From an uncultured Nitrososphaerales archaeon (GTDB taxonomy: Archaea > Thermoproteota > Nitrososphaeria > Nitrososphaerales > Nitrososphaeraceae): 64,000 bases of DNA. The notes under the pieces were generated by a model. The model made no database searches. It was given only the letters and a program-made list of their open reading frames with translations, and was not told the origin of the DNA. A program made the translations under genes and the position numbers. The stretch covers positions 32,001-96,000 of the forward strand of contig CAVPXM010000020.1 in NCBI GenBank assembly GCA_963709405.1, read 5' to 3'. This document shows positions 37,517-48,256 of the stretch, piece after piece; the stretch's first letter is position 1; each line of letters begins with the position of its first letter.

Positions 37517-38204
37517 ATGATCCATCAACCTACAACACTTCAAATTGCCACATTTGGTTCAGATGGTCAAGAAGGAATAGCTTTAGGAATACGTAGCTTT
37601 CCCATTCACAGTTTGGCATTAATTTGTTTTGGCTCTGATAAGCATAACGCAGAGGAATTCTCAAGAAAGATCAAAAGTATTCTTGGAATTACTACTTCTA
37701 TCAATGTCGTAGAAAAAGAAAATGTCATCAGAGATACCATGGAAAGAGTCAATGAGATACTGAACCTTAATGGAAAGGAATTCCAACAAGTATTAATGAA
37801 TATAAGTGCTGGCGATAAGCTGATCGGTTGTGCTACTATTATCTGCCGCATTTATAAATGGGATAATGGCATTCGGAATGGACTCTACTCATTCTTTACC
37901 ATTATTAATGCCCGTTCTCAAATTAAGTTATAGTGAGATCATATCTGCAGCAAAAATAAAGATTCTAAGAGCTATAGATGGAGTTGGAGGCACTATCGAT
38001 AGTTTAGACCAGCTCGAACAGGTATCTGGTTACGGAAAGCCTTTGCTAAGTTATCACGTACAGGGAGCAAAGGATTCGAAAGGCCTTGCAGATCTAGGAT
38101 TAGTTGAAGTGGAAAAAGGTGACAGGGGTAAGATCTCTGCAAAACTTACTACTCTTGGTAAGCTATTGGTTACTAGTAATGCTATTAGTGGAGTTCACCA
38201 ATAA
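37517..38204 (+). CDS. CARF-like (DUF6293/HFX_2341 type) + winged-helix regulator (frameshift near 37836)
   Basis: TLQIATFG Rossmann-like start, NISAGDK motif, C-terminal LSYHV..LADLGLVEV..LTTLGK. Confidence 0.7.
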
Positions 38205-38270
38205 TTTAATGAATAAATTAACATGTGATAGTAATTTGTTGATGTCGGAATAGGAGAAGTAACATAAAAC

Positions 38271-38867
38271 ATGTTATCCATAGATAAACTTCTCGACCAT
38301 AATATAAAAAAAGCCTTAGAAAAAGGCGTAATTGTTGGCATCATTACTACGCTAATTTATCTCATTGTAGTTGTCGTAACAACACCTAGCCTTCAACCGA
38401 TTGCCGCAATTAACGCGGCACTTAAGATAAATTCCATTCTAATCTTCGGATTAGCAGCAGGAGTTGGAGCTCAGGTCTTCCTATCAAGTTACAGTAAGGG
38501 ACTAGGTTGTAAGATAGATAAAAAGAAAAATGGAATCTTCGAGGCGGGCTCTGGAAGTAGTACAGCAATTAGTTCATTCTTTTCATTCTTTTCGTTAGTA
38601 CCTTTAGGATGTTGTGGAAGCTGGCTTTTGATATTATCGTTTCTACCTTCAATATTTGGAAGCACATTATCTGTCATTTTAATACAATATTCTTCACTTC
38701 TTTCCTACATAGGTCTAGCTATAGTATTTGGATTTGTAGCTATCTCGGCAATAAGGCTTGGTCGAGAATCAAATGAGAGAAGAAGAATACAGAGGATCAA
38801 AAATGCGAATACATCTGACGTTCAGGAAACTGAAGGGTCATACTCTCATAAGGAGGATCATATTTGA
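38271..38867 (+). CDS. Membrane protein with vicinal cysteines (GCCG)
   Basis: About 4 TM segments; LGCCGSW. Confidence 0.7.
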   Translation: MLSIDKLLDHNIKKALEKGVIVGIITTLIYLIVVVVTTPSLQPIAAINAALKINSILIFGLAAGVGAQVFLSSYSKGLGCKIDKKKNGIFEAGSGSSTAISSFFSFFSLVPLGCCGSWLLILSFLPSIFGSTLSVILIQYSSLLSYIGLAIVFGFVAISAIRLGRESNERRRIQRIKNANTSDVQETEGSYSHKEDHI

Positions 38868-39157
38868 CCGCAGCTATTTTTAGCAAGAAAGCTATAGTAG
38901 GTATCATAACTGCTGCAGTCTTAGTCAGCATAATAACAATCATCATTATTATTAATTATGTTTCACCAGCAAGATATAATATCCATATAACACCTGCAGA
39001 TGCCAATACTTCTCCTGTTGCTAAAGTTGTTAGCGGTGGAAATACGTTGAAGGAAAATCATATAGTCCCGCTTGACCAAATCATAAGTGGTGGTCCGCCT
39101 CCAGATGGTATTCCGTCTATAGATAATCCCAAGTTTATATCAGTACAGGTTGTATAA
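38864..39157 (+). pseudogene. DUF3179-family protein, N-terminal fragment
   Basis: IISGGPPPDGIPSIDNPKF signature, then an abrupt stop. Confidence 0.75.
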
Positions 39158-39223
39158 TGGATTCGAATGGTTCTATAATCAAAGAAACCAATTATAATAG
39201 CAGCCAAAGCTTAGCCTTCCGAT

Positions 39224-40129
39224 CTAAACAATCTTTGCACTCCATTCAATGATAGAATTCCCTATTCCTTTGGGATTATCTTCTTGAAGGTAATGAATGC
39301 CTGGACCTATATCTCGGACGACCAGATGCGGAATTTTTTCTTGTAGCCATTTAACGCGAGATTCTGGTATTACTGCTCCTGGGCTACCTTTTACTAGTAG
39401 CATAGGAAACTTGAACTCAGAGAGTGCATTTTCCAACTTTTGAATTACTGTGTATGCCTCACTTTCCACCTTAGGATCTAACGGTAGCATTTCTGGGAAC
39501 CGTCTGATTGGCTTACGTGATTCTATTGTTGGAAAAGGTTCACGGTAATACTTCATGATCTCCTCTGACAGATTTTGTTTATTGAAAACTGCAGATGGAA
39601 GAACCTGTTCAACAAATACATTCTGGACTTGAATCAATTCATAGCAGGACTCTCTAATCCTGAATGCTTGAAGCAACTTCGCAAAATCAGGGGGAAAGTC
39701 ATCGATAGAAATAGTGAAAGGAAAGGTCTCCATGAATGCTATTCCTTTAATGTGTTCCTGATTATTGAATGCATACCAAAATCCTAATACTCCGCCCCAA
39801 TCATGTCCTACTATGATTAGATTTTTATTATTAGCAAGTTGCATTCCATCAATGAATTCTTTGACATACTTGAAGTGATCTTGGAAATTGTAATCTATAT
39901 CTGGCTTGTCTGATTTTCCAAATCCTATAAGATCTAATGCTATACAACGATTATTACCTGCTGCAGCTACAATGGGTATGATATTTCTCCATAAATACGA
40001 GGAGGTTGGATTACCGTGCAAAAACAATACTGTGTTGTCGGCACCCTTTCCTTCTTCCACATAGTGAATCTTTGATCCACCTATGTCTAGATATTTACTT
40101 TGAAACGGAAAATCAGCCTTAACATTCAT
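39224..40129 (-). CDS. Haloalkane dehalogenase family protein
   Basis: HGNPTSSYLWRN, HDWG nucleophile, FME, GIHYLQED; 301 aa intact. Confidence 0.9.
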   Translation of the reverse strand: MNVKADFPFQSKYLDIGGSKIHYVEEGKGADNTVLFLHGNPTSSYLWRNIIPIVAAAGNNRCIALDLIGFGKSDKPDIDYNFQDHFKYVKEFIDGMQLANNKNLIIVGHDWGGVLGFWYAFNNQEHIKGIAFMETFPFTISIDDFPPDFAKLLQAFRIRESCYELIQVQNVFVEQVLPSAVFNKQNLSEEIMKYYREPFPTIESRKPIRRFPEMLPLDPKVESEAYTVIQKLENALSEFKFPMLLVKGSPGAVIPESRVKWLQEKIPHLVVRDIGPGIHYLQEDNPKGIGNSIIEWSAKIV

Positions 40130-40482
40130 AGTGCTGTTTTCTTATCTTCATATCTAATAAATCTACTTCTGTTCTGTCTACTAGTGAACTCTATAATAAT
40201 GTGCACAGATAAGCAGGTAGCAGTGTGCAAACAATGCTGTCCCCTATGCGTTGAATTTGTACGTTTATGAAACCTTGACCTTATATTCGTGAACAGTACC
40301 TATCAAATTACACAGCAGCAAAATATCATTTATACTGAATAATGCATGTAGAATTAGTACATTTATCCTAAGCATTTTTTATGAGTACATTTCCTGATTA
40401 TATAATAATTTCTAGAATCAAATTCGAGTGTTTAGTGAATTTGTACTTGGCGGTATTATCGAAGCTATTATTTCTCTGTGTG

Positions 40483-40923
40483 ATGGATAACCTAGATAGG
40501 ATGTATAAAGAAATGACAAATCCTTCAGAAAAGCTAATTGATCTTCATAAAAAAATCAAATCTGCAGAAGGATATATGCCTGTTACTCCAGAATATAATC
40601 ACAGTACTTCTGCTGCAATGAAAAATAGGTTGGATTACTTTTTGGAAGAATATTATTTTAAACCTTCTGCTATAGTATCTTATTCTCCTGGAGGTTTTGG
40701 TGGTATTAATGCTGCCCAGCAAATGAGGTTAATATTTGCTGAGCTGGGAGCACCATCTATACCTTCATCGTTTCCCATATCAAGAGTACATGAGGTTTTC
40801 GATGAAAATGGAAAATTAATTCATGAAAGATACGAAATGAGAGTCAAACGATTCCTAGATGAATTTGAGTGGTATATGGAAGCATTAAAAAACCAAAGAG
40901 AAACGAAATGTACCCCATACTAA
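40483..40923 (+). pseudogene. NADPH-dependent FMN reductase, N-terminus missing
   Basis: VTPEYNHS..KN.LD..KPSAIVSYS.G.FGG; no N-terminal GSxR strand. Confidence 0.75.
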
Positions 40924-41126
40924 GTGATTGGATTATAAAAAATAATACATAAGCTAGTAGCGTTAACCATCATTGTAGGAAAGAACTTTGCGTTTTGGAA
41001 TATTAAACCACGGTCTGGAACACGGATCTATAGACTTGTCGAAGTGGCAAGAGACATTGATAAGTAAAACTTCAAAGCCAATCTAAATTCATCAAATATA
41101 GTTATATGAAGTAAAGATGTTAGGCC

Positions 41127-42124
41127 CTAATCTGATGGCAATATTAAGGGCAAGGATGATTGTGTGGTTCTGATATCATATCTGCTAAGAATTTCATCTA
41201 TCAAATTCTTTGCCAAGTTGCTATACATTTTCGCAGCATCGTTCACTAGTATGGTTTCACAATGCTGCGTAAAGTAATCGTCGGTATAAAATGGGTGAGA
41301 TGGTATGTTGTAACTCACTGACGAAAAATTATCCTGGATTAGCGAGATGTACTGGTCTGGATTGTTTCTTATCGAATGAATCACAGAAGAGATGGCAAGT
41401 TTCAGTAGTGATGCTGCATTAGACAAGGTTGAATATACTTTGTGTTCAACTACCATTCTAATCTTTACATATTCCTCACTGTTATTTTCGAAATGACTTA
41501 CAAGAGCTTCTGCTTGCAATCTCTTCTTTTGTAGATCGGTTAAGCTTACCCTCTTCTTCCTGGCATAATCGACAATAACTGTCAAATGATTTACCTAATG
41601 CCGTTACCTGATTGTCATAGTCCCGGATAATTCTAATTAGACTCTCCTTCTTTGCTTCAAGAGATTTTCAGTTCTGACTTAAGGTTGTAATATCTACCTT
41701 CAAGGCTAGACAAATCACCATCGGCTAATTTGAGAATCCTTGTTACATGATCCACATTCAAACCAGCTGCTTTACTCAACTTATATAATGTCACAAATGA
41801 TCCTAGATCTCCTTTTGTTTCTAGATATATTGAATTAAGATCATAGAGCTGTTTCAGAGTCCAACTTTCTTTGTACAATTGGGTTACGTCATGCTCCCTC
41901 ATATCCAAGGCAATTGCTACATCAGTAGGGGATTTGCCTTCAGAAAACATTCTATATGCTTGAGAAGATTTAGACAAGGATTGTACTCCACTTGCTTTAT
42001 CCAGTATACCTTTAATGTCACGAAGTGAAACCCTAGCTTCTTTAGCTATTTCACGGTAATTACTCCCACTATTGTATAAATCCACAATGAGCTGTTCCTT
42101 TTCCTTTCTGTTTAGACCAATCAC
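41127..42124 (-). pseudogene. HTH + coiled-coil family protein (frameshifted)
   Basis: Two ORFs 41657-42124 and 41127-41585; RKEKEQLIVDLYNSG..YREIAKEARVSLRDI. Confidence 0.8.
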
Positions 42125-42155
42125 GTTATCTCTATTACTTATTTATGATATACTG

Positions 42156-42246
42156 ATCCTTAAAAGATCTTGTTATCCTACGTTTTCATATTATTACCAG
42201 CGTTACAATTTAGATACCTCTATTATCTCTTGTTTTCCTTGTTACC
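42156..42246 (-). promoter_or_regulatory. TATA-like box plus 10-bp-phased heptamer array
   Basis: + strand: TGTTATC 42171, CGTTTTC 42181, TATTACC 42192, CGTTACA 42201, AGATACC 42212, TATTATC 42221, TGTTTTC 42231, TGTTACC 42240; GATCCTTAAAAGATC at 42156-42170. Confidence 0.6.
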
Positions 42247-42759
42247 ATAAACATTTCATTATGAACTCGAATATCGCATATTGCAAATATCTTTTATTGT
42301 CTGATAGGGATCATATCATTGTCATCAAATGTCATAGATATATACATCATTATATTTCGCTGAAGGTTTTCCTTTGGTTGTAATATAGATCTATGATAAG
42401 ATCCTCTGTTTCCTGTCGTTCTAACGGCTCAATACTCATATATCATTAATTCTATCAATTTGAGGCTTAAAGCAATGTAATCATCATTTTGTTTTCATTT
42501 GATACCCATATGTTCCCAAGAACACTCATCTGTTGTCATCTGTTTACTACTGCTACCATTACAAATCTTAATGGCCTTCCTAAAAAGTCATAGTAGCTGC
42601 AGATATAATTTTGGTACAACCATTTTTATTTTGATTCCGAAATCTGAATCTAATGTTCTAAGAAGGATCTTAGTAAGCTCCACACTATTTTAAATAATCA
42701 ACATTACTGCGAGATATACTAGTAGCTCCAATGATTCGATAATACTCCTGTACTACCGG

Positions 42760-43055
42760 GTGCAATTGATAAGCAGTATAGTGAGTCACAGGCGTGAGCT
42801 AACTGACACGCGTAAGGTGTTCAGAGACACAAAGTGCAAACGAAAATCGCCAAGGCAATCAAACATGATAGATACCGTCATACGATAGAACGTTCCAGAA
42901 GGAATTCCATGCAGCTAAATCTTATGATTCGAAACGTTAGAGTATTTCCGTAAGGAATTACGGTCTGAACACTAAGGTCGAACGATTAAACGATGCAATA
43001 CGAGAACGCGAACAGGTCAGGCATGGAACGCAGCGAAAAGAAACTGTAAAACCGA
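42760..43055 (+). mobile_element. IS6-like (DDE) transposase relic
   Basis: QLISSIVSHRRELTDTRKVFRDTK...SYDRTFQKEF...GLNTKVERLNDAIREREQVRHG. Confidence 0.6.
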
Positions 43056-43058
43056 TTG

Positions 43059-43584
43059 TTAATGCCATGTGCCATATGGCGCGTCATATCCATTAAGGAA
43101 TCCTTTATGGTATTCAGGAAAGTTGAGATTTGATGTAATTCGGGGCATTTTGTATAGATGAGCATCCTTTCCGTCGAACCATCCAAAGATATACTGTACG
43201 GCGAAGTAGTCTGTCAGTACATGGCCCCGTGTCACCATAACCACATTTCACATTTCACTGATTCTATTAAGTAATTGGTGAAGCAGTGATGCTAGAATGA
43301 TCGACAGTATTGGGTCTTGGAGGAGCAATAATAGTACCATTTTCTGCATTAGCAGGATGTCTTGCACTCGGAAATGGTGGGGGTGGGGATGATGTTGATG
43401 GTGATGGTGGCGACAACGATGATGGAGACTGGCCGGTAGACGGATTGAATGGTGTATTTTGTTTATACTGTGCTAAGGCAATATTAATACAATTAACTAT
43501 TGATGCGATACAAATAGCAACTAGTACAGAAACTAAAAAGTTGCCGATCATTTTCTGATTACATAGTTCATATACAAAATTCAC
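43059..43584 (-). pseudogene. Secreted Pro/Ser-rich hypothetical protein (split)
   Basis: Signal peptide ALA-Q, Pro/Ser linker, downstream fragment with EYHKGFLNGY. Confidence 0.45.
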
Positions 43585-44980
43585 CTAATATATCTTGCTT
43601 AAAGCTAAGCAAATAAGAGTGACTAATTGTGGTTGTTGTAGTGATTGTGATTTCCTGCATGATCTGAGACAGTGTGACTTGTAAGTTTATAATCATGCAA
43701 ACTGACATTCTGATACCTCGGAATTCAGCAAAAGCAATCGTATCAACTGCTGAATCAAAATAACCCAATGCAATGCCGTCGCAGCGGCATGGCCTGCTTT
43801 TTGATTACTACTGATGTTATGTGCATCTAAAGGTGTTAATATTTTTAATGTATAAATGTTCGAGTAGTGCCTAATTTTTAGTTTCATAGACTCCACTTTG
43901 ATATAACTGCTTGGCAAATTCCGTCTTATTTTTGCATCCATATTTCCGATAGCTGTAATTACTGCATGCATCATGATATACAGCATACATGAATTTTATC
44001 ACCATCCTGGGACGTCAGGCTACACCTAGGACGCAGCGTTTTTGATAATATTTATAATCTGGCATGTCACATATCATATTATGACGCTATTTCTGGGATG
44101 ATTGTGAAATGTTGCCATAGTCTTTTGAAAAATTCGGTAAAGACTATCTAACTGACTTAGCTTCCAGTACCTCTAAATTAAACTGAGTTGCTTCTGGTTC
44201 TCTAATATTTAAAATAATAGCAACCTCTGGGTTTTCTTACTATTTGTTGTATTTGTCGAAAAGTCTTCTTTTGATTATATTACAGATCTATGAATATGAA
44301 TATGAATGTCTTAAATGGTTTCATACTTAGCACAAATTGCGAGCAGAAAGTCTCACTAGAGGCAGAATGGTATCTGGTATCTGTCAAATATTAGTATAAA
44401 CTTATTTACCAAGTCCTGAGGTTAGTCTTGATCTAATGGTAATATTAGTGGCATTGATGATTGTGCTGACCTGATATCATATCTGCCTACAGGAATATTA
44501 AGGGGCGCACATGCTCGTGTTCCCTGTTACCAACTAATTTAGCTATACATATACAAGACAAACCAGTCTGAGCTCAATAAACGCTAAAACTATCAGCAGT
44601 TGTGGTGGACTTAACAATCTGTCGACAGACAAATTAATGATGCCTATGGATAACGTTAATATCCACATATCGGATGATATCGGATTTTTCGACACATCGT
44701 GGATAATTATATCGGAAATGTGGGCTTCTAATAGGATATGTACCATATCAGATTAAAAACCTTTTCCAAAATCAGACATCATGTGTACAGACTTACATAA
44801 ATATTCCAGCCAACAACACAGCGCATATTACAAAGCGTACTGATAACGAAAGTGGACTCCAATGACTGAAAGTTATTTTCTCATAAAACCCAGAAAAAAG
44901 CTTTAGATAGATAAAATATTATATCAACTTAAATTCAACTAATAGGAAAAATATTGTGATGGTGGCGGCGTACTTCAATT

Positions 44981-47331
44981 ATGCTTGTTAATGCTCGACT
45001 TAATCGAATAAATCTACTTATCGGGCTTGCCATCGCAATCATAATTTCAGACTCTATAATCTATTTTTCAGAAGCTGGTAGCAAGGAGTTTTATTCAAAT
45101 TGGATCATTATCATTAATGCCTCAATTGCTGCTGGACTTGCAACATTAGTGTTATATAGACACAAACAGCATGATGGAATATTTGACAAGTCACACGCAG
45201 CTCTTGCCGTAGGTTTATGTCTGTGGCTAACTGCCGACATTATCTGGGCAGTATATCAGATCGTACTGGAAATTGTTCCCCCGGTACCATCGGTCGCCGA
45301 TTTTGTATGGTTTTCTGCATATGGCTTCTTCGCTTTCTATTTATATTCAACGTACTTTGAGTTTCACAAAAAATTCAGGTTTAGTAGAAGACTAGTTGCT
45401 TTTAGCATCATTGGTGCCGGAGTATTTCTATCATACATAATTGTTGTGACTACAAGCATTGCCGATTTTTCCTCAAGCAGAGGAATTGCCATGTTTATCG
45501 TAGTGATTGCATATCCTGTTCTGGATTCCATACTTATTGTACCGGCAATTGTAATCTTGTTAAGTTTTAGAAATGAGCCAGTGTGGTTCACTCCGTGGCT
45601 ATTTGAATCAGCCGGCATATTTCTAATGGCTATTTCAGACAGCTGGTTTGCACTAATTGTTGTCACTTCGTTATTGAACCAGTTCTGGTTATCTGCATTA
45701 TTCTTTGCCTCGCATTATATCATTATTTCAGCCGGTTTACTCTGGTATATCACCTTCTTGATAAGAGAAAAAAAGAGTACTAATAAAATGTCGACTAAAG
45801 ATTACGTCATTGCTGATGGCGGGGAAATTACACCATCTGATAATAAGCTCAATTTTAATAATAACAAAAATGCCAAGAAGACAAACCGATCGGATAATGA
45901 AAAAAAGAGAAACATATTGGGCCTTAAATCCAAGTTCGGCTCTGTAATCATTATTATCATTATTTCTTGGGCGATCTATGTTTTTATCAGTTTAATTGCG
46001 TATCACGACCAATCCACAACCAAGTTACCAGGTTGGATATCTTCATTTTTAACATTTCTACCTTCTGTTTTTAGTGGGAATTCTGAAACAATAATTCATC
46101 CGAGCCTTCAACATCTAGCTAATGCAGAATCCGATGTAAATACAACTATGCTGGGCGCACTTCTTCCAATTAGCGGTGCTTCCGCTTCGTTAGGCGAATC
46201 AGAACAAGCTGCCGCTTAAAATTGCCATTAATGATATCAACAAATACTTTTCTGAAAACCACTCAAAGACAAGGTATGGACTTGTAATTGAAGACACAGG
46301 AAGTGATCCTCAAATAGGCCTCGAAAAAGTTAAGCGTTTGTCAGATAGGGGAATAAAGATAATAATTGGTCCTTCCACTAGTGCAAACGTAAATCAGATT
46401 CGAGATTATGCGACATCTCATGGTATATTGCTTGTTAGTCCATCAAGTACTGCGCCATCCCTGTCTCTTGCTGGAGATAATGTGTTTAGATTTGTTCCAG
46501 ATGACACACATCAGGCACAGGCAGTATCGTCATTAATGTGGAAAGATGGGATAAGAGTCATTGTACCATTCTGGAGAACTGATATTTATGGAAATGATCT
46601 AGTAAGTGCAGTCAAAAATAGTTTTGAAAAGATGGGAGGAAGATTTGTAGATGGTGTCGGGTATACTCCACATACAGGTGACCTGTCTGCTAGTCTTAAC
46701 AGGATAAACTTCATAATATGGGATCAAGAATTGAAGACTCTTGAGGCAAAGCTGAAGAAGGCCATATCAAATTATGGCGTAAACAAAGTAGGGATTTATT
46801 TTGTAGCCTATGACGAAGTTGCGCCTATCTTCATTCAAGCGCAAGGTCATGACATCTTGTCTGAATGTAAAATGGTTTGGTAGCGATGGATCGGCACTTA
46901 ACAACAAGATCGTAAAAAATACAGACGCTGCCATCTTTGCTACTAAAACTGGATTTGCAAATCCCATTTTCGGCGTTGAAAACGCTAGTAACGCCAGGTT
47001 TAAACGCGTCGAAGCTCTAATTGAAAAGGAAATCGAGAGGATACCAAGGTCGTATGCAAGTACTGCCTATGATGCTCTTTGGGTTGCGGCATTGGCTGAA
47101 AACCAGACAAAGCAAACAAACAACATTGAAGTGCTCAAAAACGCATTTACTAGGATTGCAAATTCATATAAGGGAATTACTGGCAATGTTAGCCTTGATC
47201 AGAACGGAGATAGAAAATATGGCGACTATGAATATTGGGCTGTAACAAAAGACAAACATAATCCAGCATTATTCGAATGGGAGCCGATAGGCAGATTCGT
47301 ATACGAAAAAAATCTAAATGGTAAGAAGTAG
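44981..47331 (+). CDS. Multi-TM membrane protein fused to a branched-chain amino acid type periplasmic-binding (Venus flytrap) domain; two frameshifts
   Basis: About 9 hydrophobic segments, then LGALLPISG..SLGE, IIGPSTS, SPSSTAPSLS, FRFVPDD, AYDALW, GITGNVSLDQNGDR. Confidence 0.8.
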
Positions 47332-47736
47332 GAGATATATTTAGGCTCCAGATAAAATGATTTGATTTTAGTAGGACTAGATTCGAATCATAGCTACGTT
47401 TTTAATTTGTACAATATTATTTGAAAGCTCGACTCCAAATGTATTGATTGTATGGAATTTTGTGTCTTTTTAATTAATTACTCTTCAAATTCACATCCAG
47501 AAAATTTCCGAATCTCCAAATTATAATCCACGCACAGTGGAGTTCTTTATGGATTTACCTAGACGCGTGGATGACTTGCAACAGAAAGTTGAAAATTTAT
47601 CTGCTTCTCTTGGAATATTCAAACTTAAAAATGAACCAATCCCTACCAGAATCGAAGAAGATGGACAAGCAGAGAATGAACCAAAATGTATGAAAGAAGA
47701 GATGTTTGCTTCAAACGGCTTTACCGGGAAAAGCGA

Positions 47737-47950
47737 TGTCATATCATAATAACATCAGGAATATATCAAGGATTTCTACTGGAGCTAGAAGACTCGACGC
47801 GATACTTTATGGTGGAATAGAGACACATGCAATAACAGAGTTCTATGGAGCAAGCGGTACGGGTAAAACACAAATTTGTCATGCGTTAGCAGTAATGGCC
47901 ACAGGAGAAGGACTGCATGGTAATGTAATTTTTGTCGATACTCATGGCGC
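47737..47950 (+). pseudogene. RadA/Rad51-like ATPase fragment
   Basis: ISTGARRLDAILYGGIETHAITEFYGASGTGKTQICH..VIFVDTHG, then ends. Confidence 0.8.
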
Positions 47951-47954
47951 ACTT

Positions 47955-48190
47955 TTGCGGGAGGCATGTGCGGAAAAATATCTATGGCACATTTCAATCC
48001 TGCAGTTTCAGTAGGTTTTCTAATTACCAAACATATAACAAAAATCCAGTTACTCTATTACTTTTCAGCAGAAATATTCGGTGCTTTACTTGCGAGTCTT
48101 TTTGTAAAATTTATGATAGGAAATCAAGCCAACTTGGGGGCAAATGCTCCAAATTATGCCTATCCAATCCCAACAATAATTGGAGTTGAG
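47955..48190 (+). pseudogene. Aquaporin/MIP internal fragment
   Basis: GKISMAHFNPAVSVGF...AEIFGALLASL...IGVE; only the first NPA is present. Confidence 0.85.
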
Positions 48191-48256
48191 ATGACTCATT
48201 CAAGTTCACTTTTCCTCGTTTTGCTAGTCCTTTAGAAAAGTATTTGCTATATCAGC

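Noticed and set aside
44289-44308. ATGAAT tandem repeat
   Set aside because: Simple low-complexity repeat
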